DNA of 58,620 nucleotides, counting the filler, from Barthelona sp. PAP020 (lineage: Eukaryota): the NCBI GenBank assembly GCA_040182905.1. It is 5 parts of 5 records of this genome, joined end to end, with 100 filler letters (N's around TTAATTAATTAA, not from the genome) between each part and the next. Parts side by side here need not be neighbours in the genome. Positions count along the whole stretch, not along the records: positions 23,551 to 35,160 come from JARQWU010000366.1; positions 35,261 to 46,867 come from JARQWU010000367.1; 3 more parts are not named here. One strand, given 5' to 3'. Below the pieces are notes generated by a model. That model ran no database searches, was not told the DNA's origin, and was given only the letters and a program-made list of their open reading frames with translations. Below are positions 26,682 through 38,500 of this stretch, piece by piece. The first letter of the stretch is position 1. The number at the start of each line of letters is the position of its first letter. The position numbers were made by a program, and so were the translations under genes.

Positions 26682-29600
26682 TCAGTTGAGTCCACCAAAA
26701 TTTAATACAGTTGAAAGATCTCGAATTTTTCTCATGACTTCATTATTTATGTTTCTCTTAGGTAAAAATCTCAATTTTTGTGGAGAATCGATTATTCTTC
26801 CCTCCCTGCTTTTTACAATCAATACATCATCTCGAATCTTTCCTTCAAACAATTTTATTTGCATTTTCCCGCTATTTTTCTGTAAAATCCATTTAATATT
26901 ATTATCCACAATTGTCAATTCAGGATTAAAGGAGCATAGACATCTTCTTAAAAAAATTGGTCTTGTTTTTTTTTTGATGGAACTAAAGTTGGCAGAACTT
27001 GCATTCAAAATTTTATGTTCAAGCAACACCTTATTATTCATCGGATGATATATATGGTCTGTAAAACTTAACAAATATGGATAATAAACTTCAAAAATAC
27101 TCAATGATGGAATAATGGGACAATTTACCTCATTTTCATAATTCCATTCCACATTCGCATTTTCAATTTTTTCAAAGACAACACCACCTTTATTCACAAT
27201 GTTTTTCTCAGATACATTTATTTTCCCTTCTAAACAACGCTCAATAGATGAAAATGGGCAAACATCTTCCGCTTTAATACTTTTAATGACAAAAACGCAT
27301 TTTTCATCTTCATTTATAATATGACAGTGTGACCTATGCAAATTTTCAATAAATACAATTTTTTTTTGCGTTTTTTCCTTTGTGTCATCCGACGCTTGCA
27401 CTTTGTTTAAAACAGAAGTATAATAATGCAGCAAAGATACATATACGTTCAGCTTTTCAATTTGATGTGATAGAATATCGGAAAATTCTCGAACTAATGA
27501 TGGTAATATTAAAAAATCAACACAATTTAACAAATTATTTTTCTTCATGTATGCCAATATATTTGTTTTTTCAACACTCTCAAACAAAAATCTACAAATA
27601 AGATTAATCCATCCTCTTAATTCCATGTGATTCCATCCATAACAAATTGGATCCAACAATTTCGTTTTAGCAATTATTGCACGATGTTTCCTTCTAAACC
27701 CAACAACCATTTGATAAATGACCTGAAATTGTTGAAAAAATATGATCAAATCCTCGTTTCCACATAAATCAAGTGAGAAAAAAGTTGATTCATCATTTTC
27801 AATTTGCTGTTGATTTTTCTTTATTTTTTCCATTTCCAAATCAAAATCTCCACTAGTAAATGTATTTAATATCATCAAATCTTTAATATCTTTGATGTGA
27901 AATCTACTGTTTTCAAATTCCACAAATATTTGTAAAAACATGTTTTCCAATTCTTCTAAAGTAATGCATTCTTTGTAAAGTTCAAAAAAAATTTGAAAGA
28001 TGTTCACATCAATGTCTAATATGCGAAAAACACTTGTGTTAAAGAAGTCCAATATTGCCTCTTCTTTATCAATATGATAATGAATGAAACACCCCAAAAT
28101 TAGAAATAAGCTACTGAAAAGATACATATTGTCATCAAATATGAAATTAATATTATCTTTTAAATTCATACGTTTTCTCATTTCTTCAGTCGAAAAGTGA
28201 TATTTTGCTTGAATAATCTTTTCTTTTTGATCTTGCTTCAAATTTAATCTCACATTATTCCACATCTTTTCACTTACTCCACCACTCAACAAACAAAAGG
28301 TTTCATAAAAGATGTGTTTGAATTGTTGTTCCACTAAATCTAATACTGACTCAATGAACAAAAATGGATATTTTTCAAACAAGTTCATTATACCTCTTCC
28401 AGATGAACCAAATAACCATTTCAACATTAAAAGATCAGTTTGAGTAGTGGAAAGTAACACTTTACTTCCTGTGGCTAAATTTTTCTTTTCAATTTTCAAT
28501 TTTCTCAATAGCATCTTTATTCGATCGATATTAATGAAAGTATCACAGAATATGTCATCATAAGCAATAATTGATAATTCATATGAACCAAAACAAGATT
28601 TTCCAAGAACAGCTTCCATATCACTTTCTTTTAATTTTTCAATTTTTTCCTTTTTAATTAATATGTTTGTATCATTTGTGTTTTTTTCTTCATTTGCACC
28701 ATTATCATGAATTGCATCACTCGAAACATAATTGTCATTCAATGTTTCTCTTATACCTTTCGACATCATCAATCGCCCACTACATTTTGGTTGCTTATAA
28801 TTCATATTCAAGAAGTAATAACTTTTGGTACATGATTCGGTCTTTGTCCAAAATTTCGAATTGTATTTTCTGTTTTCTGAAGCATTTTCATCAATAGCAA
28901 TCAATTTTCGTCCATTTTCTTGCTCATTTCCTTCGGCTAAACCAAAAAACCAAGGAATTATATCAAATATTTTCTCTTCAAATTCTGTAAAACACTTATG
29001 ATTTGGCGTATTTCTCAATTTGACATAATAACTTTGAACATTCATCAGCATTCCATAGGAACACGATTCACGAAATAAACGCATTAATTTTGGTGTTAAA
29101 ATTTCAGTGAATAAATAAATAAGAGCAACATAATCAATAATATCAAAGGAAAACAATTGCAAGACAAAAAGAAAGTCCCTCCAAACAAACTTAGTTCTTT
29201 TTGAACAAAGATAATTTTTTGTCTCTGTGACAAATTTATTCATAGACATCATTATAAATGTGGGATTTCCAAGTTTTAAAAACTCCGTCTTTTCAACACA
29301 AGGAAAGAGTTCTGACTCCAAATCAAGTGTTTTCTTCCCTTTAATTTGTTCAATATTACTGCAATCATATTTTTTTTCGGTATTTGAATCATTGAATCTA
29401 TCTTTTCCCACAAAAATCTTTCTGTTTGGAGATTCAATAGGCTTGATGAGATTTTTGTCATTTAAAGTATAATTTAGTTTTATTTCATTTGACATTTCTC
29501 CATCTTCTTTCGATAAATTCATTTTAACTGCATCTACAGGTATAGAAGAAGGTAGAAATAATTTAAATTCATAATTTGAATATCCCTTAGTTCTATTTTG

Positions 29601-30242
29601 GTCCATAGCTGCAATTTGTTTCACAACAGAAGGATATTTATCAAAAATATTTTGGATTTCTTGACAAAATTGTTCAACATTCAGATGAATTTTTTGGTAT
29701 TCTAATGCCAAATCCAAATAATCAATATAAATCTGGCACAAAATTTCATTTGCTATTTTCATCACTTTTGAACTTTTGAAAACTCTCAAACTGCAAAAAA
29801 AATTTATTCGGATTTCTTTTGGCATGCTAATGATCGAATCAACTATTAACCCAGGTATGTTCCACACTCTATGTTCATCACTCAAATCTCTATTAAATGA
29901 TTTTGAGAAAAAACAGAGTTCTTTTTGTAAAAACGAAAATCTTGGAAATATTTCGCTCATATACTGAACGAATTTGTCGTTATCTATTGTATTTTTTTTG
30001 TAATTATCTAAAACAAGTTTCAAAGTTTTTATTTCCTTCGTTTCGCAGATTTTTTCAATACTACATAAAAATTGTTGTACATCGTGTAATATCAGAATGT
30101 TATTTTCCAAATTTACGTCTGGTTCTCTCTTTAATGTTTCATTTCGAAAATAGTCAGAGTTTGGTTCATGTTTTCTCAAAACATATTCCTGGTTCCTTAT
30201 TATAGTTGAATGAACACATGAATGTTCAACAAAATCTTTCAT
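26682..30242 (-). CDS. SIN3: Divergent Sin3-like transcriptional corepressor (PAH domains, HDAC-interaction domain, Sin3 C-terminal region)
   Basis: HID motif SCTKSYYFLNMNYKQPKCSGR...LNDNYVS, three PAH-like helical units, and C-terminal GNEDLIIFFQQFQVIYQ and RPIFLRRCL. Confidence 0.78.
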   Translation of the reverse strand: MKDFVEHSCVHSTIIRNQEYVLRKHEPNSDYFRNETLKREPDVNLENNILILHDVQQFLCSIEKICETKEIKTLKLVLDNYKKNTIDNDKFVQYMSEIFPRFSFLQKELCFFSKSFNRDLSDEHRVWNIPGLIVDSIISMPKEIRINFFCSLRVFKSSKVMKIANEILCQIYIDYLDLALEYQKIHLNVEQFCQEIQNIFDKYPSVVKQIAAMDQNRTKGYSNYEFKLFLPSSIPVDAVKMNLSKEDGEMSNEIKLNYTLNDKNLIKPIESPNRKIFVGKDRFNDSNTEKKYDCSNIEQIKGKKTLDLESELFPCVEKTEFLKLGNPTFIMMSMNKFVTETKNYLCSKRTKFVWRDFLFVLQLFSFDIIDYVALIYLFTEILTPKLMRLFRESCSYGMLMNVQSYYVKLRNTPNHKCFTEFEEKIFDIIPWFFGLAEGNEQENGRKLIAIDENASENRKYNSKFWTKTESCTKSYYFLNMNYKQPKCSGRLMMSKGIRETLNDNYVSSDAIHDNGANEEKNTNDTNILIKKEKIEKLKESDMEAVLGKSCFGSYELSIIAYDDIFCDTFINIDRIKMLLRKLKIEKKNLATGSKVLLSTTQTDLLMLKWLFGSSGRGIMNLFEKYPFLFIESVLDLVEQQFKHIFYETFCLLSGGVSEKMWNNVRLNLKQDQKEKIIQAKYHFSTEEMRKRMNLKDNINFIFDDNMYLFSSLFLILGCFIHYHIDKEEAILDFFNTSVFRILDIDVNIFQIFFELYKECITLEELENMFLQIFVEFENSRFHIKDIKDLMILNTFTSGDFDLEMEKIKKNQQQIENDESTFFSLDLCGNEDLIIFFQQFQVIYQMVVGFRRKHRAIIAKTKLLDPICYGWNHMELRGWINLICRFLFESVEKTNILAYMKKNNLLNCVDFLILPSLVREFSDILSHQIEKLNVYVSLLHYYTSVLNKVQASDDTKEKTQKKIVFIENLHRSHCHIINEDEKCVFVIKSIKAEDVCPFSSIERCLEGKINVSEKNIVNKGGVVFEKIENANVEWNYENEVNCPIIPSLSIFEVYYPYLLSFTDHIYHPMNNKVLLEHKILNASSANFSSIKKKTRPIFLRRCLCSFNPELTIVDNNIKWILQKNSGKMQIKLFEGKIRDDVLIVKSREGRIIDSPQKLRFLPKRNINNEVMRKIRDLSTVLNFGGLN

Positions 30243-30348
30243 TATCTGGTCATTATGATGGAAAAATTATTTGACATCTCAACCACAATTTTCAAAAAAA
30301 CTCTTTTCTTTTCAATCTGTTTTGTTTGTTCAATTATTTTTTAAAAAT

Positions 30349-32508
30349 ATGACGTTTCAAAATTTTCATGATTTTCCAGAAAGAGATATGGAATTGAAAC
30401 TTCCTCCAAATGAAAATTATGAGGTTCAAGAAGTCGAAAATTTACCTATTTTTGTTGAAAATATACCATCTTGCGCCAAGCCAAGCAGAAACGTCAAGAA
30501 ATATGAAAAGAATCATTTATTGGGATTGGTTTCCTATTTTAGAAATAGAAGTATGCATTTTCTTCAGGCTAATTTGCAGTATGGAAGATTGTATTGTTCT
30601 GTTTGTCAATGTTTGTTGGGTGCTGAAAAGAAAACTGTGAAGGAACATGTTAATGGAAAACACCATCAGTTGAAGGTTGCAAAAGCTACTCCAGCTTCAG
30701 AATTATTGAAAAAAAAACTTCCAAAATTAACGTCTCTTAAAGCTGTATATCATTCAATATATCATGGATTTACTTATCGAGATTTAGTTGTATCTCATCA
30801 TTTATTGAAAGATATTATTAAAAACGAAGCATTAATATTGACAGGACAAACTTCTAAAGATTCAAATGCTCCGATATTTGATCAAATTGCAGCATTTCCG
30901 AAATTAACCAATTGGAAGGAAGCTTCGGAACTAATGGAAACAACTTTGACCGTCACTGCTTCTTTGATACGGAAAAGAATTTGTGAAATGCTCCAAGGAA
31001 ATCCGATATCTTTAGTCTTATGTCAGAACACAACAGCATCAAGTGTTCCAATTCTTGGAATATTTGCCAGAGTTGTACACGAAGATTGCTTGAAGTCTGT
31101 CATGTTGAATTCTTTGATTTGTGAGTTAGCGAGTGCTGAGATGATGGTTGGATTTATATTTCGTACATTAATATATTATGAAATAGATCCATTGAATGTT
31201 TGTGGTTTAAATTGTGATTGTAGGAATTTGGACATTTTAAGCAAAACTTTACGCCATCATTTTCCTAAAGCAAAATTGCTCTCATCCTTAGATAGTCTTT
31301 TACCCGATTTGTCACAATGTATCTTACATACTATGGTTGGAAAGGAGGTTTTGCAATTTTTTCAATTGGTCTTTCTATTTTCAAAAGAATATCCTTCCAT
31401 TTGGGCATCTATTATTCGATCAGTTGCAACAAAAAGATGTCCAACTATATACACTTTTCTATTTGATTGTTTCTATGAATTTTGTAGTTATCCTGAACAA
31501 TGTCCTTTTTTTTTCTTTTATTTTAGTATTATTTTAATGATTGATTTATGGGATATAATATGTAAATTATTGTTGAATCCAATGTTGAATCAATTTCTTG
31601 ACCCTGATTCTTTAATTTTCAATTATATTCGTGGTTCTGAGGGCTTGATAATCTATATGAGAATTCAATTACTGTTAAATATAGTGCTTTCTTGGTTAAC
31701 TGCTTTTTTTAAATCACTTGGATTCAATTTTCCTCAAGAATTTAAAGGGCAGATTGATTTTTTTGCTGAAGATTATGCATTTACCAGTGGTATCGTACAA
31801 GTTAATGATTTTATAAGGGCAATCGAATCTGCAGTTGCCACTACAAATGGAATGGAACATGTAAAGATTTCATTGGGAAGAACTAAAAAAATGGCCATCC
31901 GATTAGGATACTGGAGTGAACAGCAATATTCAACTGTGGAGGAACACAGTATTTCGGATCACCTTGAAATTGCCACGGTGTATATTGACAGTTATTTTCA
32001 AGTAAAATCTACAAATCAAGAACTTCATGCGTTTTTATCTCTTGCGCAATGTTTTCCTGCGATGGATGAAAGAACAACTGTCACTATCAATGAAAAAAAT
32101 CAATATGTCTTTATGTTACCTCAAGATGTTAATGAACAATTAAATATTTTTGATGAAAATTTTGATAGTAATGTTACCCCTTATTCTTTTTGGTATTCAG
32201 ATATAGCACAAGCAAAATATCCAATTTTATCCCCTTTAGCTAGAAAATGGTTGACATTGCCTGCTGACACAAATGCAGAAAGATCAGTTATGCTTCATTT
32301 GACGAGAGTTATCAAAGATGATTTTCATTTACCTCTTTCTCAATTGAACCTAGTCATATTTATCATTGGAAATCCATATTTTCCTATATATGCTGATGAT
32401 TATTGTTCAGACACTATCAATAAAGACATTGAAATGTTTAACAAAGATTTCATGGTCTTTCAAAACATCTGGTCTCAATTTTCCAATGATGTTTTTATCG
32501 TTCCTTAA
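30349..32508 (+). CDS. hAT-transposase-derived protein (N-terminal C2H2 zinc finger, degenerate RNase H-like core, hAT C-terminal dimerization domain)
   Basis: Zinc finger LYCSVCQCLLGAEKKTVKEHVNGKHH; C-terminal FWYSDIAQAKYPILSPLARKWLTLPADTNAERS matches the hAT dimerization consensus W....YP.L..LA...L..P.....ER. Confidence 0.75.
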   Translation: MTFQNFHDFPERDMELKLPPNENYEVQEVENLPIFVENIPSCAKPSRNVKKYEKNHLLGLVSYFRNRSMHFLQANLQYGRLYCSVCQCLLGAEKKTVKEHVNGKHHQLKVAKATPASELLKKKLPKLTSLKAVYHSIYHGFTYRDLVVSHHLLKDIIKNEALILTGQTSKDSNAPIFDQIAAFPKLTNWKEASELMETTLTVTASLIRKRICEMLQGNPISLVLCQNTTASSVPILGIFARVVHEDCLKSVMLNSLICELASAEMMVGFIFRTLIYYEIDPLNVCGLNCDCRNLDILSKTLRHHFPKAKLLSSLDSLLPDLSQCILHTMVGKEVLQFFQLVFLFSKEYPSIWASIIRSVATKRCPTIYTFLFDCFYEFCSYPEQCPFFFFYFSIILMIDLWDIICKLLLNPMLNQFLDPDSLIFNYIRGSEGLIIYMRIQLLLNIVLSWLTAFFKSLGFNFPQEFKGQIDFFAEDYAFTSGIVQVNDFIRAIESAVATTNGMEHVKISLGRTKKMAIRLGYWSEQQYSTVEEHSISDHLEIATVYIDSYFQVKSTNQELHAFLSLAQCFPAMDERTTVTINEKNQYVFMLPQDVNEQLNIFDENFDSNVTPYSFWYSDIAQAKYPILSPLARKWLTLPADTNAERSVMLHLTRVIKDDFHLPLSQLNLVIFIIGNPYFPIYADDYCSDTINKDIEMFNKDFMVFQNIWSQFSNDVFIVP

Positions 32509-32892
32509 ATATTTTGTTGATTTGCCAATGTCTTTTTTTTTTTCTTTAATGTTTTCAAAACATCCTTTTAGTTTATTTGTTTTTTAAAAACATATCAATG
32601 TAATATATTTGATACATAGTATTTCTCTTTTAGTTTATTTTTAATAAATTTGTAATTCAATTTCATTTTTCAATCATTTTTTTTCAATGGTTAATCTTTA
32701 TTGTTGAATGATATTTTCAATTTTTAGTGAATTTTATTTCTATTTTAGTGAAATCAAAAAGGGTTGGATCTAAAAGTTAGTATTTTTCTTCAACTATGTT
32801 TTCATACACAGGTTTTCAAAAATATTTTGATTATATTCAAACTGTTAGTTCTTATATGGTAATTTAACACCAATAATTATTTATTTTATTTA

Positions 32893-33774
32893 ATGCAACA
32901 ATTTAAAATTTTGTCTGAATTGGGAGAAGGCACATATGGTTTTGTTTTTCGGGCTCAAAATATCAATGATAATTCTATAGTAGCACTAAAGAAGATTAAA
33001 TTGGATTCAGAAGAAGAAGGAGTCCCCTCTACTGCTATTCGTGAAATAGCTTTATTGAAAGAAACTAATCATCCCAATATCATAAACTTAATTGATGTTA
33101 TTCATACTAGACGCAAATTAGTATTAGTTTTTGAACATATGGATACAGACTTGAGAAAGTTTATTGATGAACGCAAAAAGTCAAAAAATCCATTAAATCT
33201 TGCAGAATGCAAACTTTTACTTTATCAATTGATACAGGGAACTCATTATTTACATCAAAATGACATGTTACACAGAGATTTGAAACCCCAAAATCTGATG
33301 ATTAATAGAGATAGATTACTTTTGAAATTAGGAGATTTTGGTTTGGCTAGAACTACAGCACTACCTGTCAGATCGTATACTGATGAAGTTGTAACTTTGT
33401 GGTATCGTGCACCTGAAGTCTTATTGGGTTCAACAAATTATGGATGTGCAATTGATATGTGGAGTATCGGTTGCATTTTTGCTGAGATGTTGAACACTGA
33501 GCCATTATTCCCTGGAAGAAACGCAGATGAACAGATGTTGTTGATTTGTTCAATTTTGGGAAAACCAACTGTTGAAAAATGGTCTGAAATGACAAAATTA
33601 CCAAAATACACAGGTGGATTTCCTCATTATAGGCCGGTAAATTTTGCAAGTAAGTTTCCAATTCTCGATGATAATGGTTTGGATTTGTTGAGGAGATGTT
33701 TGATATTTAATCCCAAGAATCGAATTACTTCTTCTGAAGCACTTAATCATGCTTTTTTTGATGATATAAGGTAG
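32893..33774 (+). CDS. Cyclin-dependent kinase, PSTAIRE type (CDK1/2/cdc2-like)
   Basis: GEGTYG, PSTAIRE, HRDLKPQN, DFGLAR, VVTLWYRAPE. Confidence 0.97.
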   Translation: MQQFKILSELGEGTYGFVFRAQNINDNSIVALKKIKLDSEEEGVPSTAIREIALLKETNHPNIINLIDVIHTRRKLVLVFEHMDTDLRKFIDERKKSKNPLNLAECKLLLYQLIQGTHYLHQNDMLHRDLKPQNLMINRDRLLLKLGDFGLARTTALPVRSYTDEVVTLWYRAPEVLLGSTNYGCAIDMWSIGCIFAEMLNTEPLFPGRNADEQMLLICSILGKPTVEKWSEMTKLPKYTGGFPHYRPVNFASKFPILDDNGLDLLRRCLIFNPKNRITSSEALNHAFFDDIR

Positions 33775-33977
33775 TTTTTCAAAATATAAAAAAGTGAGTT
33801 TTGTTTTTATTCTCTATTGTTTCAAATTTCACACAAGTATTGAGCCACGCTTCCTTGTGATCACGATTTGGAAAAGAAAAGGTGACATAAAAACAAAAAG
33901 ATACAATTTTATTCATCAATAAACTAAAATAAGATTGACAAAGAAAAAAAAAAAAAAAATGGAAAATACACCAAATA

Positions 33978-34895
33978 TTAAATGCCATTGGTGAATTTAA
34001 ATGGAGCATAAATAAGCATTGGAAGAACTAAAGCAACAGGTTCAATTCTTAAAATATGGAATGGTGGAGTGCCTTTCATTAGAGGGTTAGGAGTTGCAGG
34101 AACTTCCATCAGAAACATATAATTTGAACCTAACAATAAATTTACAAAGAAAGTTATAAAAATCTGAATATTTGCAAAAATAAAAAAACGAAGCCAACAC
34201 CATTCATTCAATATTAAATGAAGACCAAAAACCGAAAAAACTGCGCAATTCAAAATGTAAAAATGAGAAATGAAAAATGAAATAAATCTAAAATCAAACA
34301 CTTCAACATTTTCTTTTGCTGGAGTAAGCAATGCTTGTGCAGCTCCCATTATTGACCAAAAGAACAAATATTCTCCTAACCATTGATGAGGAAAAACTAA
34401 AAAATAAACAGGGTACGTATAAATTAAAAATCCACAAACATGAAAAGGAAAATGATTTTGGACCACAAATTTCCATCCTTTACTGCCAGCTTGAAAACCC
34501 ACAAGCATCATTTCATTCAACATCCCAATGCATACTAATATAAGTTTGTAGTTAAATAATTTTTCTTTCCCAAGTAGAAACTTAAAAATTGATGAAAATA
34601 CAACCCAAAAACAACCAATGATTAAAAAAATAATGTGTAACCCTCCATAAATGCCAACCCAACGATAGTGATGTTCTTTTGACTCCTTGATATCAATGAA
34701 CTGAGAATGGTCATTAAATTCGTTATTATTATTATTTTCTAAACTTTTAGGCTCAGGAACAAGATCTACGTTATTTATTTGAAAATCAGCGTCAATCTCA
34801 ATGGTGAAATCGATTTCATGTGATATTTCAACCAATTTTGTGTCAACACATTCTTCTTCTTCTTCTCTGCTGTTGTTGGATAAATGATCACTCAT
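33978..34895 (-). CDS. YwaF/TIGR02206-like integral membrane protein (TMEM164-related)
   Basis: Motifs PFHVC, FWSIMGAAQALLTP, FRFISFFISH and NLLLGSNYMFL match the bacterial YwaF family; acidic N-terminal extension. Confidence 0.78.
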   Translation of the reverse strand: MSDHLSNNSREEEEECVDTKLVEISHEIDFTIEIDADFQINNVDLVPEPKSLENNNNNEFNDHSQFIDIKESKEHHYRWVGIYGGLHIIFLIIGCFWVVFSSIFKFLLGKEKLFNYKLILVCIGMLNEMMLVGFQAGSKGWKFVVQNHFPFHVCGFLIYTYPVYFLVFPHQWLGEYLFFWSIMGAAQALLTPAKENVEVFDFRFISFFISHFYILNCAVFSVFGLHLILNEWCWLRFFIFANIQIFITFFVNLLLGSNYMFLMEVPATPNPLMKGTPPFHILRIEPVALVLPMLIYAPFKFTNGI

Positions 34896-35160
34896 GAGAA
34901 CAATTAAAAAAAAAATTTCTGAAAAGGGTTATAAATAACCGTTGTTTTTCTTCCATATTTTCTGCGTCATTTTTTGAGCAAATCAAAATACTCGAACATC
35001 CATCATGAAAAAACACTTTTTTCAACTTCTTTTCTTTTTCAATATTCTGGTTTTTTTATGAAAAATCATATCAGAGAATGAAGATTCAAATTGAAATAAA
35101 ATCAAAATGATAAAAAAAAAAAAAAAAAAAAACAAATTATTTAATTAAATTAAATAAAAA

Positions 35161-35260
35161 NNNNNNNNNNNNNNNNNNNNNNNNNNNNNNNNNNNNNNNN
35201 NNNNTTAATTAATTAANNNNNNNNNNNNNNNNNNNNNNNNNNNNNNNNNNNNNNNNNNNN
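35161..35260. other. Artificial contig-joining spacer
   Basis: N44-TTAATTAATTAA-N44. Confidence 0.98.
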
Positions 35261-35276
35261 TAAATCATTGTATATG

Positions 35277-35375
35277 TATTGGATCATATTTAACAATCAG
35301 AAGTGCAAGAATAGAACCTAGAACAATGTTTATTTTGTCTTTTGGGTGAAATCCGTCCGCTTTGCTACGAACACT
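35277..35375 (-). mobile_element. Dispersed repeat copy 1: tRNA-like head with Pol III A and B boxes (putative SINE 5' end)
   Basis: 99 bp identical to 46968-47066. The minus strand reads AGTGTTCG-TAGCAAAGCGG (A-box-like, 35367-35357) ... GGTTCTATTC (B-box-like, 35318-35309). The repeat identity is certain; the SINE call is inferred. Confidence 0.6.
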
Positions 35376-35598
35376 TTCGATCTTTCCATTTGATTTCTTT
35401 TCCAAAATTTTGCTGAGGTTCCGATGTTGAAATGAAATGATGTATCGGTTGTTCAATATTTTACTAAATTCTTTCAATTTTGTTAATCTGTCAATCAAAA
35501 CTCTATTTGAAGTAATCAAACATGGGAACACATATAAAAAAATAAACTTTTCAATTTTATAAATATTTGAATTATTTCAGGGGAATAGAAACGTTTCA

Positions 35599-38500
35599 TT
35601 AAAAATAATTCCTGGAAACAAAAGAATCCAAAGAATAAATACTATTTGAAAGACTAGATTGGAAATGTTCGTGCTCAAACGTTTTATCAATAATTTCGAC
35701 AACATCCAAAACCAAAGAAAACTCTTCAAACACTTTACCCACCAAAAGATTCCAAAATTTTTCAAAAATTTGTTGTGAGGGCTCAATAAGATTGTCTTTG
35801 AACATTTCATCAATCTTGGTGTTTGTTTGAGTAATGTCTTCTTTATTTCTCATACAATATGCTACATATTGATTGCAATATCTAGATTTTACATCCTCCA
35901 AACAGGAATTCCACAATGAATGATATATTTCCTGAACTCTTTCTTCATCAATAATAGTATCTTTTCTTTTATTGATACCAAATTTACAAATATGACGAAT
36001 AATGATTTGTTCATCAAGCACATAACTACGAATGCAACTGCGATCTAGTCCTATCCAATGGTTGATATTCAAATGTGAATATTCTTGATTTAACAGATGT
36101 AAATCGATACCAAATTTATTCATAGCATCCTTGTGACGATGTCCATGCCCACCAATAACTAAAAACGGAATTCTTGACCCTTTAGGTGAAATACCGCTCA
36201 GATCTTTGATAAAAGTTAAAATTTGTTTGGGATTTAGTGTTGTTTTGAAGCTACCCAAACCTTCTAAGCCTTTTGGAGTGAGTGAAGCATTAGCAAACAA
36301 AGTATTAACAGAAATTAACTCACAACAACGAATAATGTTTGAATACTTATCTTCTGGCAATTGTTTCCTTGCAAATGCAAGAAAAGTACGTATTTCTGCT
36401 TCATTTTCAAAAAATACGGGTAAATTATTCCTTCTAAGATTCGCAAAATGCGATAACAAATCTCCATTATAATTGGCTGATACCAAAGGCAAATAAACAC
36501 TTGGAGAGGTCAACAATTGACATTTATTGAAAGGTTTAGCCAAATGAATGATCGCACTATGGTTAAAGCAGTTAGCAAAAGTGCTGTTGGAAGTGCATAT
36601 GATCAACTGTTTGTGGAATTCACTTTTACTCATTTTTTCAAGAATGTCCTTCAAAATCATGTAATATCTTGGTTCAAAAGCTTCCTCTATACCACTTAAA
36701 AATGCGATATAAGAATGAAAACCCATCAAATGTAATTGAAGCCTCAATAGTTTTTTTAACCCATTTCCTTCATTAAAAATCTCAACCATACTATTATTCA
36801 ACTCCGGATTCATGATGTTAATTCGTAAATAATCACTGTTGGGACTTCTTATATTATTCATTTCTAATTTTGGAAATATAAGCTTCATACCATCCTCAAT
36901 ATAATTGAACCTTGGCTTTTTATGTAAATGTTCAAATATGTATCGATAACCTCTTGATTTTGAAACCGATTCATGTTTGGAAATGACGTTTGATCCAACA
37001 GCTCCACTATCAAATTCAATAATATCCAACAAATCACTTTCAAATGGAAATGCGCTGAATTTTACTTGAAGCCCATTGTCATACTTATCGGTCTTCTCAA
37101 TTAGGATAGTGATTACCATGTCATTATGAAAGGTGAATCTAATGATGATTGGTTCCTTGGTATCATTGAAATAGTGATCGCACAATCCTAAACTAACAGT
37201 AAAAAATTCGTTTTTTTGTCCAAGTTTCCTTTCCTTGTTTAATCGAGAGACAAACGCTGCCAACTTGACCAAAGTCGACTTTCCACTGCTGTTACCACCA
37301 TATATAACATTTATCTGCTGAAATTTAAATGTTTCTTCAATAAAACCCATGAAGTTTCGGACATATAAGGAAGCAATCCAATGACCGTTCACTTTGGTAT
37401 CACAATTCGAAAATTGAACATTTTTAGTGAATAAACTAGTCTTAAAAGCTTCAATTTCATCAATCTTCATATCATCAATAATATCTTGAATAGGTTCATA
37501 CATATCAGCCTGGGACAAGTTAAATTTACTGTTTACATTTGTCTTTGCTTTGAAGTTTTTTACACTATTACAAGGGGATAAATTCTCTGGGGTTTCTGAC
37601 AACTTTAGATCATGAATATCAACGTTTATGTTTGAATCAAAATTCGAATTGGAAACAGAATAGACTGATTGATTGTCAAACATTTGTAAAGGCAAAGATG
37701 TTTGTGATAAAGTGTCCATTTGATCATTTCTTTCCAGCTCAATATCATGTTCAGTATTCACAGATTCGTTATCTGAGATATCATCAGCAACTTTGTCTAT
37801 GTTACCAACAACCTTGTTTTTCCGACTAAATTTATCACCAGCTTTGGAATTTAAGGGAACAGAAGCTTTTTTGCTAGTATCAGTGTGTTTCGAAGAGTCA
37901 CCACTTAAATATGCCTTCTCTTTCTTTTTTGAAGTCGACTTCTTTTTTGAATCACTTTTAGTAGTAGTTGCTTCAGAAGTAGTTGATTTAGCAACTGGTG
38001 GTGTGACAGCACTTGTTACACTTTCATCCGATTTAACTGACGACTTGTCATTCAGTGCAATATTTTTCTTCTTATTTGTTGAAATACGGTTTTTAGTCTT
38101 TTGATTATCAGATTTGTTAAATTTCTCTTTTGGCATTCTGTTTGAGTTATTTACGGAACCTTTCACTTGATTTTCAGACGCAGATCTATTGGTTACATTT
38201 GCCACGGTTTCTTCTTTTGTTTTTTGCTTTTTCGTCCAATTTTTGCTTTCAGAGACAGATCTATTGGTTACATCTGACACAGTTTCTTCTTTTGTTTTTT
38301 GCTTTTTCGTCCAATTTTTACTTTTAGACGCAGATCTATTGGTTACATCTGACACAGTTTCTTCCTTTGTTTTTTGCTTTTTCATCGAATTTTTATTTTC
38401 AGAGACAGATTTATCGGTTGCATCAACTGTGGATTCTTCTTTCCTTTTATGCTTTTTCACTGCATCATTTTGATTTTCAGATACATTTTTTGATTTTGAC

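Noticed and set aside
35277..35375. Functional tRNA gene
   Set aside because: A/B boxes are present, but there is no anticodon stem-loop or full 7-bp acceptor stem, so it is treated as a tRNA-like repeat head.
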